A stretch of 64,000 nt of DNA from Azolla caroliniana (Eukaryota > Plantae > Polypodiophyta): NCBI GenBank assembly GCA_043228905.1, contig JBHGNT010000001.1, positions 13,020,001 through 13,084,000 on the forward strand, written 5' to 3'. The notes under the pieces are model-generated. The model had not been told where the DNA came from and searched no databases. It was given only the letters and a program-made list of their open reading frames with translations. Every line of letters begins with the position of its first letter. Positions within the stretch are counted from its first letter, which is position 1. Shown here piece by piece: positions 1 through 12,549 of this stretch. The translations under genes were made by a program, and so were the position numbers.

Positions 1-244
1 TCTTTAAAACATTACACTCTTGCAATAGAAAGTTAGGGAAGTTAGTTCTAAGAGTATTTTTGAGTTCCCATGTGGCATCTTTGATAGATTTATCCATCCA
101 TTTAATTTTAAATTCTGGGATTATTTTAGTACACAAATTTTTTGTTTTAACATCGAGAATTCTTTCTAGTACACGTGATTTAGGAGATAATTCTTCAAAA
201 GTAACCAGAGTTTCAGTTGTAACTGTATTGTCGCCAGAACCTAG
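1..244 (-). pseudogene. Chromoviral Ty3/gypsy integrase C-terminus with chromodomain (oldest host element; continues at 21216)
   Basis: The minus strand translates as LGSGDNTVTT...LERILDVKTKNL...EFKIKWMDKSIKDATWE...FPNF, a chromodomain. It joins in frame to IHPVFHVSRLKELLG at ~21216-21260 once the CCTAG TSD is removed. Confidence 0.85.
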
Positions 245-789
245 TGTTGGGAAATCGGTCCCTCCGGATGGGATCCGGTTATGAATGAAGAGGACCCGGT
301 GAGAACTGGAAGAGATCCGAAAACCAGAGGAGACCCGGTGAGAACCGGAAGAGAAGACATACTTGTAAATATGTTTTGAGTAAGCCTATTGAGGCTATAT
401 TTGTAAATAGCCCTAAGTTCATATAAGTATAAATATGACTTAGGGCAGTCAATTTAGAAAGTGTGGTGTTTTTGTCATATTGGTGTATGTGTATAACCGA
501 TGTATAGATAGAGAGTGAGAGAGAGCGAGAGAGTAGCTACGAGCACTTTCAGTTGTAACCGTTGTCTGTCGAAGATATAAAGCACGAGGCCGTTGCCTCT
601 GTGCCTCTACTTTGTATTTCCTCTCATATAGTGATAGTTGGAGACCGTGGGCTCCCATGGTTTTTCTCTATTAGGGTTTTCCACGTAAATATTATGTGTA
701 CTCTCTACTTCCCATTTCTGTGTTTCATTCCCATTTCTATGATTCAAGACTCGGTTGTGGCTAAGAAATATTCCGCACTATTCTTCACA
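245..789 (+). repeat. 5' LTR of copia A
   Basis: Matches 11011-11297 plus 20998-21215; TG...CA ends; followed by the PBS. Confidence 0.92.
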
Positions 790-818
790 ATATGGTATCC
801 AAGCGAACAACACAGGAA

Positions 819-1883
819 ATGGAAGAATCATTCGGTGGCATGTTCAAGCTCACCGGCTCCAACTACTCAGTTTGGAAGTCGAAGATGAGGGATATGCTAG
901 TGATTAAAAATCTTTGGTTGCCAGTACAGTTTGGGGACAAGAGACCAGATAAGATCGACACCACAATGTGGGAGGTGATGCACATGAAGACGACGGCATA
1001 CATCCGGTGCTTCATCGACATGAGCCTATACAACAACTTTAATGAAGAGAGTAAGGCTCATGAACTCTGGGATAGGATCGGCATCATGTTCCAGAACAAG
1101 AATGTCATTAATTGGGTTTCGGTATTCCGAAAGCTAGTGAGGCTCCAGTACTGGGACGGCTCCAACATGACAGAGCACATGAATGCCTTCCAGGGGCTAA
1201 TACACCAAGCAGCCTCGTTGGAAGTACCTCTCGCCGATGAGGTACTCGCATTGCTCTTGCTCGATTCCCTCCCGGATAGCTGGGAGACATTAGTTGTCAC
1301 GTTGGGAAACCCCGGGCCGGAAGGAAAACAATTGTCCCTAGCAAGGGTAAAATCAAGCTTGCTAGATGAAGAAGCTCGCCGGAAGGACCAGGAGTCCAGA
1401 ACCGATCCGAAGGCCTTGGTCACGGAAGATGACCACAACCGGGGAAGAGTCCAGTATCAGAGTCCCCAAAACCGGGATGAGTCGGGGACGAGGTCAAAAT
1501 CAAGGGGACGGCCTACTTTCTTCTACTGTGGGAAGTCGGGGCACTTCTAGAAGAATTGTCGGCACTACCGATTCGAATAAGAGTTTGGACCGAAACGGTT
1601 CGGACCGGAGAGGCCCGGATCGGAAAGGAACGTCGGCGATCGCGACAAGTGAAGAAGAACTGATGCTCATTGCCGAGGAGAATGAGTTAAAACTTGTCGG
1701 CGATGAGACAACGTGGGTTGTCAATTCCGGAGCATCGTTCAACCTGACACCAGACTGGAGATGCTTCTCATCCTACATAGTCGGAGATCACAGTTGTGTC
1801 CAGATGGGGAATAAAGGTACATGCCAAATTGTCGGCATAGGAGATATGTTGTTGACGACATCAACCGGATGCAAGTTGCTGCT
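819..1883 (+). pseudogene. gag: copia A gag / protease region (premature stop, frameshift; interrupted by copia B)
   Basis: KLTGSNYSVW, LLLDSLPDSWE gag motifs; zinc knuckle FYCGKSGHF; protease WVVNSGAS. Confidence 0.85.
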
Positions 1884-2058
1884 TGTTGAGAATCAAACTC
1901 AACTTCCCATAGATAGGTTTCACACTAGCTCATGGACACTCCAAGCTAGTTGTGTAAATAGTAGAAAGGGTGCTTGCCCTAGCTTAGTTGGTATATAAAC
2001 CAACTCATTCTAATTTAGTCATTGTTGGATGTATCTCGTTTTGTTAATATCATATATA

Positions 2059-2105
<47 letters not shown>

Positions 2106-5100
2106 GTTGTTATACACCCACATACATACGCTCACCTTCCGCTACATTACAACCACTCTTGCCATTCCATTTCTTAACATGGTATCAGAGCATGTGGTTG
2201 CCTGATCAAGCATTTTTCGACTGTGTTGTGCTGCACGCCAATGATCAACAGAGCCAGCCCATCGACAGAGAAGAAATCACCATGAATAATCAAATGGGAA
2301 GCGCTCTTCCTATCGAGAAGCTCGACAGAATGAACTTTGCATCTTGGGAATACAAGAGGCATCAATATCTTGTCGGACAAGGCTACTGGAGCTACATCGA
2401 AGGAGCTCACGAATCACACCCCAACCCAACACACGCTAACTATCCCGCTTGGGAGCAGGCCGCAAGCCGTGTGTTGTATTGCCTTGCATCATGCGTTCAT
2501 GATCATATGCTTGGCTTCATTCGAGAGGCTAAAACACCGAAGCAGGTGTGGGAAAACCTCAAGAAGATCTTCGCAGCCAATACGGCCGCACGAAAGCTCC
2601 AACTTCGACAGGAGCTGAACAATCTTCAACAAAGGGACATGTCAATCGGCAACTATACCTTGAAGATCAAGGAGTTATGTGATGCCCTCAAATCGATCAA
2701 CGTCGTCATTGACAATGACGAACTGGTGCAGATATGCCTCGGAGGCTTAGCACCGTGTTTCGGCACAATTAGATCGGCTATTCTCGCAAGGGAGAACCCT
2801 CCCTCCTTCTTCGACCTTCAATCGATATTGCTGGTCGAAGAGAATCACGCCCGACAAAGGAACAACGCATCAGATGGTCATTTTCTCTACTCCCAATCGG
2901 ATAATAGAAGAGATTTCGGACGTGGAAACAGAGGTCGTTTTGGACAAGGCCATAATGATCGGCGGAATCAAAGGCGTAACTCCCACCAGTGGCAAGCGGA
3001 CAGGAACGGGCCCAGAGAGCTTGGCGAAAGGGGGAGTCATAATGCCGGACCGAGAAATCGCCGAAACCCAAACGAGTGCGGGTACTGTGGAAAACCTGGC
3101 CACTATGAAGAAGAGTGCCGGAAGAAGAAACGTGAGGAAGGCCGACAACTCACGAACTACGCCACAAACTCCGACTACGGCGACCGTGGCAGAATGTTCA
3201 TAATGAAGCACGAAGCACACTCGATGTATGCATTTGTGACAACCAGCGCCTCCACTCCTAATAGTGTATGGTTATTCAATTCGGGAGCTTCCAATCACAT
3301 GACTTCCCATGAAGATTGGTTTCGGGAATTACAGAAGCCCGAACATCCCGGATATGTCGAAATAAGTGATGATAAGACTCATCCAATACAACATATCGAG
3401 AATGTCCCATTCGAAAACGACGGCGAACAGACCTACCTCAAGAATGTACTACATGTTCCCACCATCACGAAAAATCCGGTCTCAGTCGGCCAGATTGTAG
3501 AACAAGGAATGCAGGTACGCTTTAACAACGATGGGTGCTTCATTGAAAAAGACGATCAAATCGTAGCTCACGGCAGACAAGAAGGCCGTATGTTCATCCT
3601 CGAGTCGAGCGAAGTAAAGTCGGCAATGTACGCAAAAGGCCAGAAAGTCGAAACCGACTTCAAGTTGTGGCACAAGAGAATCAGCCACATCAATCTGCAA
3701 AAGCTTCAAAACATGCAGACAAAAGGAGTCATAATCAGACTCCCGAACTTTACGGAAAAGGAGATCACGGGCGCGTGCGAAGCATGCTAGTTCAGAAAGC
3801 AACGTCGTCATCCATTCCCAAAAGAGTGGAATGTAAGCAAAGGGATCCTAGATGTCATACATTCAGACGTGTGAGGACCAACCCAAACAACTACTTTCGG
3901 CAGATGCCATTACTATGTCACGTTCATCGACAACTTCTCCAGAAATACCTGGATTTATTCGATGAAGCAAAAGAGTGAAGTGTTCGGCCACTTCCAGAAG
4001 TTCAAAGCCGAAGTGGAAAAAGCCACAGGCCGGCATGTATGCTGCCTTCGATCAGATGGAGGCAAAGAATATTTTTCGGATGAGTTCTCAGCGTATCTCC
4101 GCAAGGAAGGAGTCCGACAAGAATTCTTGTGTCAACATACACCTCAACAAAACGGCGTAGCTGTGCGTAAAAACTGCCACATAGTAGAAGTTGCACGAGC
4201 CATGATGAATGAGAAGAACCTGCCGAAATCCTACTGGATAGAAGCGGCGAACACGGCCGTATACCTCATGAATAGGTGCACAACCTCAGGAGTACACACC
4301 ATAACTCCTCATGAGAAGTTCTTTGGAAAGAAGCCGAACTTATCTCATGTCCGCATTTTCCACTCTATCGCCTACGTACATATTCCCGACGATACGCGGC
4401 AAAAGCTTGACCCAAAGTCAGAGAAATGTATCCTCGTAGGATACTCACTCGAACAGAAGGGGTACAAATGCTACAACCCATCTACCCATAAGGTTCGAAC
4501 AAGTCGAGTCGTAGTCTTCGACGAATACGCATCCTGGTATGCATCGGAGAATACTTCGACTCCAACCTTGCTCGATGCGGATGACACCAAAATAAGAATA
4601 GAAGCTGATGATCGTCTCACGCATATGCTCGAAGAAAGTCCAATCTCGACATGGCTAAGCGAACCACAAGAGCCCCCAAGTGATCAAAGCACATCTCGGC
4701 CGAGTCCACTGCTAGACAAAGGCGAGGCGAAAATGCAGGAGTATGAAGATCATTTCGATCTCGACGGTGAGGTCGAAGGCCTCGACATCCACACGGACGG
4801 CGTGAAGAAACCCCTAGAACCCACAAATGACAAGCCACGCCAATGCACGCGCGAGAAGAACCCCATAAACCGCTACGGCTACGATGAATACATGGCGTAT
4901 CATTACGCATTCATGATGAAGGTAGCGTCAGTACGAGAACCGGAAACGCTTTCCGAAGCCACAAAGGATCCACGATGGGTCAACGCGATGAATGAGGAGA
5001 TGGAAGCGTTATGCAAAAATGAGACATTGGATCTCGTCCCTCTCCCCCCGAACAAGAAACCAATTGGTTGCAGGGGATTTACAAGGTGAAGCACAATGTT

Positions 5101-6532
5101 GATGGTTACGTAAATCGCTTCAAAGGAAGACTCGTTGCAAAAGGCTATGCACAGACACACGCCATAGACTACGAAGAAACCTTTGCCCCGGTGGCAAAGA
5201 TGATGACAGTACGAACCGTAATCGCGCTAGCAGCAGCAAACGGGTGGCACCTCCATTAGATGGACATGAAAAATGCTTTCCTCCAAGGAGAGCTAGAAGA
5301 AGAGGTGTATATGACACAACCACCCGGATTCGAATCGCGTACTCATCCACATGTCGTATGCCAACTCAAGAAGCCACTTTACGGCCTCAAACAAGCTCCA
5401 CGTGCTTGGCATTCGAAGATCACGCAGTATCTTCATCAAGTCGGATTTCAGATGTCAAAATCCGACAATTCCCTGTACATCCGAAACGAGTCAAATAGCC
5501 CGATAATCATCATCTTGTACGTGGATGATTTGATCATCGGAGGAAAGGATCTCGCCGAGATTAGCAAAGTTAAATCACTTCTTCCCGGCAGATTCGAAAT
5601 GAAAGACCTGCACGAACTTCATTACTTCCTAGGTATTGAAGTAATTCGGACACCAGTCAGGATAATGATCTCACAATGGCACTACGTCCTCAACCTACTA
5701 TACAAATTCGGAATGACAGAGTGCAAACCTGTGACTACCCCCCTTGATCGCAATATCCAGATTGATGCCAGTTCTGGCATGGTTGAGACTGAACCGATCG
5801 ATAGCCTGATCTATCTCACCATTACACGACCCGACCTAAGTTATTCGGTCGGCCTACTTAGCCAATTCATGCAGAATCCGTGTAACCTTCATCTCGATCC
5901 ATGCAGAAGCCGAATACAGGGCCGCGGCAGTCGCCGCATGCGAAGCTGTATGGCTTAAGCGTATACTAAAAGATCTAGGCATACCCATGAAAGATCCAAT
6001 ATGCCTGTACTGCGACAACATGAGCAGTATCTACCTTGCGTGTAACCTCGTATTTCACGCGCCGACTAAACACATCGAAGTGCACTACCTCGTCCAGGCT
6101 AGAGAAATTGACCTCCAACACATCAGCATGCACCTACAAGTCGTTGATATCTTTACGAAGGCCTTAGGCATCGACAAGCTCGGGCAATTTGCATCGGATC
6201 TTGGTCTCACGACGTTCACAGTGCCGAGCTTGAGGGGGAGTACGCAGACGCAAACACAACACGGATAGGCTACACAATACGCAACACAACCGACTAGACA
6301 AGTCGAAGTACGAACCGAATGACTTTCCGACACATGGAAGTTGTGTTCGAAGGGGCGTGTTGAGAATCGAACTCAACTTCCCATAGATAGGTTTCACACT
6401 AGCTCATGGACACTCCAAGCTAGTTGTGTAAATAGTAGAAAGTGTGCTTGCCCTAGCTTAGTTGGTATATAAACCAACTCATTGTAATTTAGTCATTGTT
6501 GGATGTATCTCGTTTTGTTAATATCATATATA

Positions 6533-6581
<49 letters not shown>

Positions 6582-6649
6582 ATACACACACACACATACG
6601 CTCACCTTCCACTGCATTACAACCACTCTTGGCATTCCATTTCTTAACA
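1884..6649 (+). mobile_element. Ty1/copia element B nested in copia A
   Basis: LTRs 1884-2179 and 6358-6649 (TGTTGAG...TTAACA, with a (CT)n tract), PBS TGGTATCAGAGC (tRNA-iMet) 2180-2191, TSD CTGCT at 1879-1883 and 6650-6654. Confidence 0.95.
2282..6268 (+). pseudogene. copia B gag-pol (gag, zinc knuckle, protease, integrase, RT, partial RNase H) with stops, a frameshift and an internal deletion
   Basis: CGYCGKPGHYEEEC; LRSDGGKEYFS; TPQQNG; ILYVDDLII; KHIEVHY. Order INT before RT is copia-type. Confidence 0.9.
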
Positions 6650-6654
6650 CTGCT

Positions 6655-8824
6655 AAAGGATGTCTGACATGTTCTAGAGGTTCGTCTAAACCTGATATTA
6701 GCCGGTCGGCTACATGATGAAGGCTACACTATTACAAGGGAGCCTAATAGTGGCTCGAGCCCGGAAGGTCAACATGCTATATCTTATGCATGCCCGGATA
6801 TGTCGGGAAGAAGTGAACATAGCATCCGACACTGTCGGTGAGCTATGGCACAAAAGACTGTGTCACATGAGCCAGAAGGGGATGAGAAGACTTGCCGAAG
6901 ACAACCTCATTCCGGAGGTGAAAGACGTGCTCCTTGAGAATTGCACCGAGTGCTTGGCCGACAAGCAAAACCGAACTTCTTTCCGAACAAGACCACCGAT
7001 GAGATAGCATTGCACCACTCGAGCTAGTGCATACCGATGTATGTCAAGTGGACACGAAGTCAAATGCCGGAGCGCAGTACTTTGTGACGTTCATAGATGA
7101 CCACAGCCGGAAGCTGTGGGTCTCACCACTGAAGACGAAGGATCAAGTGTTATCCGTCTTCAAGGAGCTCCACGTGAGAGTGGAAAGAGAAACCGGTCGG
7201 AAGTTGAAGGAGGTTCGAGCATATAACAGAGGAGAATACCGTGGGCAGTTCGAGGACTACTACTGGTCGAAGGGAATCCGGCTCAATTTTACCGTATCAA
7301 AGACGCCGGAATTGAACGGGTTGGCTGAACGGATGAACCGGACGGTGATGGACAGAGTTCAGAGCATGCTGGCACATGCAAAGCTACCCAAGACATTTTG
7401 GGTTGAGGCGTTGATGACGGCGAACGTATGTGATAAACAGATCACCCTCAGTACCCTTGGATGGAGACACACCGCAAAGAGTATGGACCGGTAAGGACAT
7501 ATCCTACCAGCATCTAATGGTGTTTAGATGTCTCGCTTACGTGCATGTGGCAAGGGACAAGAGAACGAAGCTGGATCCGAAGTCCCAGCCATGCATATTC
7601 CTTGGATACGGCGATGATGAGTTCCATTACCGGGTGTGGGATATGGTCGACAAGAAGGTGTTCCAGAGTCGGGACATAGTCTTCATGGAAGACAAGACCA
7701 TTGCGGACTGGGAGTCGGAGAAGAAGGTGATGAACTCCAGATCATCCAATGAAAACTGGCTTGAGGACACAAGGATATACCCAGTTGAAAACCGGATGTT
7801 AGTCGGTAACCGAATGACACTCGACGAACCGGCCGGGTACGGACAAGAAACCGAATTGACTGAAGAAGAAGAAGAAGAAGACACCGGAACCGGACAACAT
7901 CCCGAATCGGATGAGGATGAGGAACAAACGAAGGAACCGGCAGTCAAAAACCAAGGACGGAGATATCCTCTCCGAGAGAGAAGAGCCCCCCGAAAATTTC
8001 TGGATGCAGAGCATGTGTTGCTAACCGATGAGGGGGAGCCAGAAAGCTTCGAAGAAGCAAAGACAGACACCCACAACCGCAAGTGGTTGAGTTCCATGGA
8101 GGATGAGATGGATTCCCTGCATGAGAACCACACATATGAACTGTCGGAGTTGCCAAAAGGGAACAGAGCACTCCGGAACAAGTGGGTGTACAAGCTGAAA
8201 TCGGAAGATGCCGGAAATCCACCGAGGTATAAAGCCCGAATCGTGGTGAAGGGCTTCCAGCAGAAGAAAGGAGTGGATTTCGATGAGTTCTTTGCCCTGG
8301 TAGTAAAGATGGCATCCATCCGGACGGCATTGGGCATAGCGGCAAGCATGGACCTCGAGGTATAGCAACTAGACGTAAAGACGACGTTCCTCCATGGTGA
8401 CCTCGAAGAGGAGATCTCCATGCAGCAACCGAAAGGATTTGAGAAGAAAGGGAAGGAGCACCTAGTGTGTTGGCTGAAGAAGAGCCTATACGAACTGAAG
8501 CAAGCTCCCTGGCAATGGTACCAGAAGTTCGACTCCTTCATGACCGACAAAGGGTACCACAAAACGCAAGCCGATCACTGCGTGTTTGTGAAGAAATTTG
8601 ACGGCGGAGATTTCCTCATACTCCTCCTATACGTGGATGATATGTTGATCGTCAAATGAGACCAAGTCAAGATACAGATGTTGTAGAAGGCTCTGAACCA
8701 GACCTTCTCAATGAAAGACTTGGGGCCAACAAGACAGATGTTGAGAATGCACATCATCCAGAACCGGTCGAACATGTTGTTGTGGTTGTCAGAGGAGAAG
8801 TACGTGACAAAGGTGCTTCAACGG
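6655..8824 (+). pseudogene. copia A pol, middle part (GAG-pre-integrase, integrase, RT)
   Basis: LWHKRLCHMS, TPELNGLAERMNRT, RYKARIVVKGF, LLYVDDML; several stops. Confidence 0.88.
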
Positions 8825-10078
8825 TGTCGTGAAGATTCTGGGCCATGGTGAGAAACCGGGGAATATCAGAAGAATCAACGGGGTGGAGCATGTGCACTCA
8901 CCCTTGTACAAATGTTGTAGGAGATAGGGGTGCCTTTATAGCGTCGAGTAGGAGTTAAGTCGGGACAGGGAATCCCATGTAAATCGGGATTTATCCCACA
9001 TTGTAACGCATCCCTCTCCTTGTTTTATAAAAGGGAGGGTCCCTTGTAGAGGGGTTGCCCATTTTGAGTTAGGAGGGTATACCGTTAGATTTAGGGTTTG
9101 GGGGTTTTCTCTTAATCTTATTTTTCTTAGGGTTCCACTTTGGTCTCCTTCACTCTATTTCGTTTTAGGGTTTCATTTTGGTCTTCGTCTTCTTTGTCTT
9201 ATGGGTTTGATTCCTTCTTCTTGAGTAGAGGTTTAGTACTTCGTCTCGTTCTTCATCTTGTGAGAGATTATGGGGGATTTAGGGTTTTGGGTTTCTTTAT
9301 GTGATCTAGGTTTCATTAGCTTGGGGTTTCGGGTTTACCTTCTTCTTGGTCGAGTTAGTGTTTTGGTTTGGGGTTTCTACATCAAGGGCTCTTCAGCATT
9401 CCGATGGCGGCACTTGGAGGTTCGGTTTCCTCTCCTTGATGGAGAGCGTTTCACATGGCGGTTGGTTCGAGAAGGGAGGGCGAAGTGGCACGGGAACACT
9501 CCATTGTCTTCGAGGCGTGACCAACGATGGACGTCGTATTCCTAGTAGCCCATTTGACTCGCCTTCACCGGTCCCCCATTCTTATCTTGTTTGTAATAGC
9601 CACCGGATTCGGGCATGTAACCGTCTTGTTGTAAAACTCTTGTAATATATATTCATGTTAGTGTATATCTATCTTCCTTGTAACATATTTGAGTCGGGTC
9701 CATATTCGCAGTGAACCGTCTTTTGTGAAACCCTACATTCGTTGGAGCCGGAAGCCGATTCCGGACCGAAGTTGTTGAGTAGCAAGCTCAACCAGATCCA
9801 GATTGGCTGAATAAGCCTGAGCCAGATCGACATCTGGAAGGATGAGCCAGATCGGTGAGCCGGTGAGCTGGGGAGCCGGTTAGCTAGATCAAGCAGTAAC
9901 CGGAAGCCAAGTAGCAACAAGTCTACTAGGGAGTTAATATCTCGTAGTTAGTGTTAGACGCTCGTGTGAGCATTGAAGTACACCGTACTTCTGTCAGTCC
10001 GTATAGACTTGTATAAAAGTGTTCATTGAACACATACGATGTACAGACTAAGTAATATTTTTTGAATTGAGTTTCTGT

Positions 10079-10123
<45 letters not shown>

Positions 10124-10289
10124 GCTGTAAAGCTCTCTGTTAAACCTATTTTCTGTTTCTATTGCTTCCGCACGCAATTTGTTTCTACAGAAGCCTACAA
10201 AGCTTAAGGACTCCACCATCCGTCTCCCTAGTCCAAGACCCCCACGGTCCCACCTAAGATCCTACACGTACCCGCGGAATACCACGACA
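8825..10289 (+). mobile_element. Solo LTR of the tRNA-Trp-primed gypsy family inserted in copia A RT
   Basis: TGTCGTG...CACGACA termini; 4-bp TSD ACGG (8821-8824, 10290-10293). Removing it restores copia VLQRFNM. Shares core sequence with the LTRs at 11642-12400 and 42969-43518. Confidence 0.88.
9773..10189 (+). mobile_element. Solo copia LTR (same family as copia I LTRs) nested inside the gypsy solo LTR
   Basis: TGTTGAG...TCTACA; reverse-complement similarity to 52102-52514 and 58100-58507; TSD GAAGT/GAAGC (one mismatch). Confidence 0.82.
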
Positions 10290-10293
10290 ACGG

Positions 10294-11000
10294 TTCAACA
10301 TGTCGGAGGCGAAACCGGTCGGATCGACACTTCCGGCAAAATGCAAGCTATCCGGAAAATAAAGCCCGAGGACAAAGGCGGAGAAGACGGATATGATGAA
10401 GATACCATATGCCTCTGCTGTCGGAAGCTTAATGTAAGCAATGGTGTGCACCCGGCCGGATATCGTATATGCAGTCCGAGTGGTGAGCCGGTTCATGAGC
10501 AATCCCAGAAAAGAGCACTGGAATGCGGTCAAGTGGATACTCCGGTATCTGAAAGGCACCTCAAGTATGTGCCTCCGGTTCAACTCCAGTAATCCCCAAC
10601 TTGACGGATTCACAGATTCGGATATGTCATGACTTATGCAGGGGGAACTGTTTCGTGGCAATCGAGGTTGCAAAAGACGGTTGTGTTGTCAACCACGGAG
10701 GCGGAGTACATGGCAGTTGTGGAAGCCGGCAAGGAGATAATCTGGATGAAGGACTTCATTGGAGAGCTAGGGATCTAACAGGAGGAATATCGGCTCTACT
10801 GCGATAGTCAAAGTGCCATCCACCTTGCAAAGAACGCGGCCTACCATTCTCGGACGAAACATATCTAGCGGAGGTACCACTGGATCTGGGAGAGAGTAGA
10901 AGATCAAGAGTTCATGCTAACGAAGATCCACACGGAGGAGAAAGGTCGGAACGCGTGCGGAAAGCGGATCGGGCTGGTGAGACATCCCATGCCGGACTGA
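10294..11000 (+). pseudogene. copia A RT end and RNase H
   Basis: MVCTRPDI, WILRYLKG, STTEAEY, YCDSQSAIHLAKN motifs; stops and a small deletion. Confidence 0.85.
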
Positions 11001-11431
11001 AGGGGGAGATTGTTGGGAAATCGATCCCTCCGGATGGGATCCGGTTATGAATGAGGAGGACCCGGTGAGAACCAGAAGAGAAGACATACTTGTAAATATG
11101 TTTTGAGCAAGCCTATTGAGGCTATATTTGTAATTAGCCCTAAGTTCATATAAGTATAAATATGACTTAGGGCAATCACTTTAGAAAGTGTGGTTTTTTA
11201 TCATATTGTTGTATGTGTATAACTGATGTACAGACAAAGAGTGAGAGAGAGCGACAGAGTAGCTACGAGCACTTTCAGTTGTAACCATTGTCTGGCGCAT
11301 GGTTGTTTACGTACCTGTATTTAACATTTAAATATGTATAGTACCTCATCATTTGTATAGTACGTACTATACCTCAATGTTGTTTGTTACCGGCCGGCAG
11401 AGGAGTCCAGAGTGTGAAACGGGGAGTTATT

Positions 11432-12400
11432 ACCGCATTGTAGGCTTCCATGTAAGATGGGACTTTGTCCCTGTTGAAACGGCCGACTCTTTCGACCACT
11501 CGCTCAACCGCTTGTTGCGCTGCTTCTCGCCTCATCACCACTCGTGCCGACTCCAATACCACTTCAGCCACCATCTCCGCGAGGTCGTCGTCTTCCGACT
11601 CCATCCTCCCTTGCCGCCTTTCACGTCGGGTTCACCAAATATTTCGTGTTGTTACGCGCGTGCGTGGAGAAAGGCGGGACCATGGGGGTCTTGGACCAGG
11701 GAGTGACGGAGCGTAGGAAGTCGTGCTTCACCGTTTCCGGGGGATCCCAGAAGAACACCGGAAGCGACCGAAGGGAGAGAGAGAAAGAGAGGGAGTGCGC
11801 GCTTAACACCGACTCATGCACACACACACACATACACACACATGCCGACACGACTCACGCCCTTATGTATAGGAAACGCAGAAAAGGGGAAGCACCCGAC
11901 ACCAACAGAGACGCGAATATATAGACAGACGCAAATGTATATATATAAACAGAAGAATACATTCCCGGCTTCGAGCCGGACCAAGGTAGGTTACAATAGT
12001 CGTCAGCTGCCAAGCCGCCGGTCGGGGAGCTCACGGGCTCGTCGCACCGAGTGGGATCTTGCGCAGGAGATGAGCTTAAGCAAACCCTAAGCGAACACGA
12101 AGGAGGAGAAGAAGGAGAAGAAAATCTCTAAACCTAACGGTATACCCTCTAATGCAAAATGGGCAACCTTTTTCACAAAGGGCGTTCCCTTCCTTTTATA
12201 GAACAAGGAGAGAGATGCGTTACAATGTGGGATAAATCCCGACTTACATGGGATCGTTTGTCCCAACTTGACTACTCTTCTTCACCATAAAGGCGCCCTC
12301 GATATTCACACTAAATGTACATGGGTGCGTACACACGCTGCACCCCGCCGATGTAGCCAATGTTCCCGGTTTTCGCCTCTGGCTGAAATTCTTCACGACA
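11432..12400 (-). mobile_element. Truncated Trp-primed gypsy: 5' LTR (11642-12400), PBS and gag N-terminus
   Basis: Minus strand TGTCGTGAAG start at 12400; PBS TGGTGAACCCGACGTGA 11621-11637; ORF MESEDDDLAEM...GRFNRDKVPSYMEAYNA homologous to the gag at 36409. Confidence 0.85.
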
Positions 12401-12549
12401 ACGTTGAGTCTAATCCTGTTGCCGTAACACCCCTTTGGTGAAGTGTCTTCCGTGGACACCCTGTGTTAGGCCATTGTCCGGCCCTAAGAGTTAACACAGT
12501 TTTTGGCAACCACGATTCCTGTTTTTGCAACAAACGACGGCACAAATGG

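Noticed and set aside
7627-8562. 311-aa antisense ORF (and many similar shadow ORFs, e.g. 36564-37376, 38432-39241, 41436-42173)
   Set aside because: These lie opposite retroelement pol/gag; they are low-complexity S/F/P-rich shadows of codon bias with no independent motifs.
9085-9335. Scattered TTAGGGTTT / AAACCCTA motifs (also ~43190-43330, 43825-43900, 47840-47915)
   Set aside because: Isolated telo-box-like motifs inside LTRs, not a telomeric tandem array.
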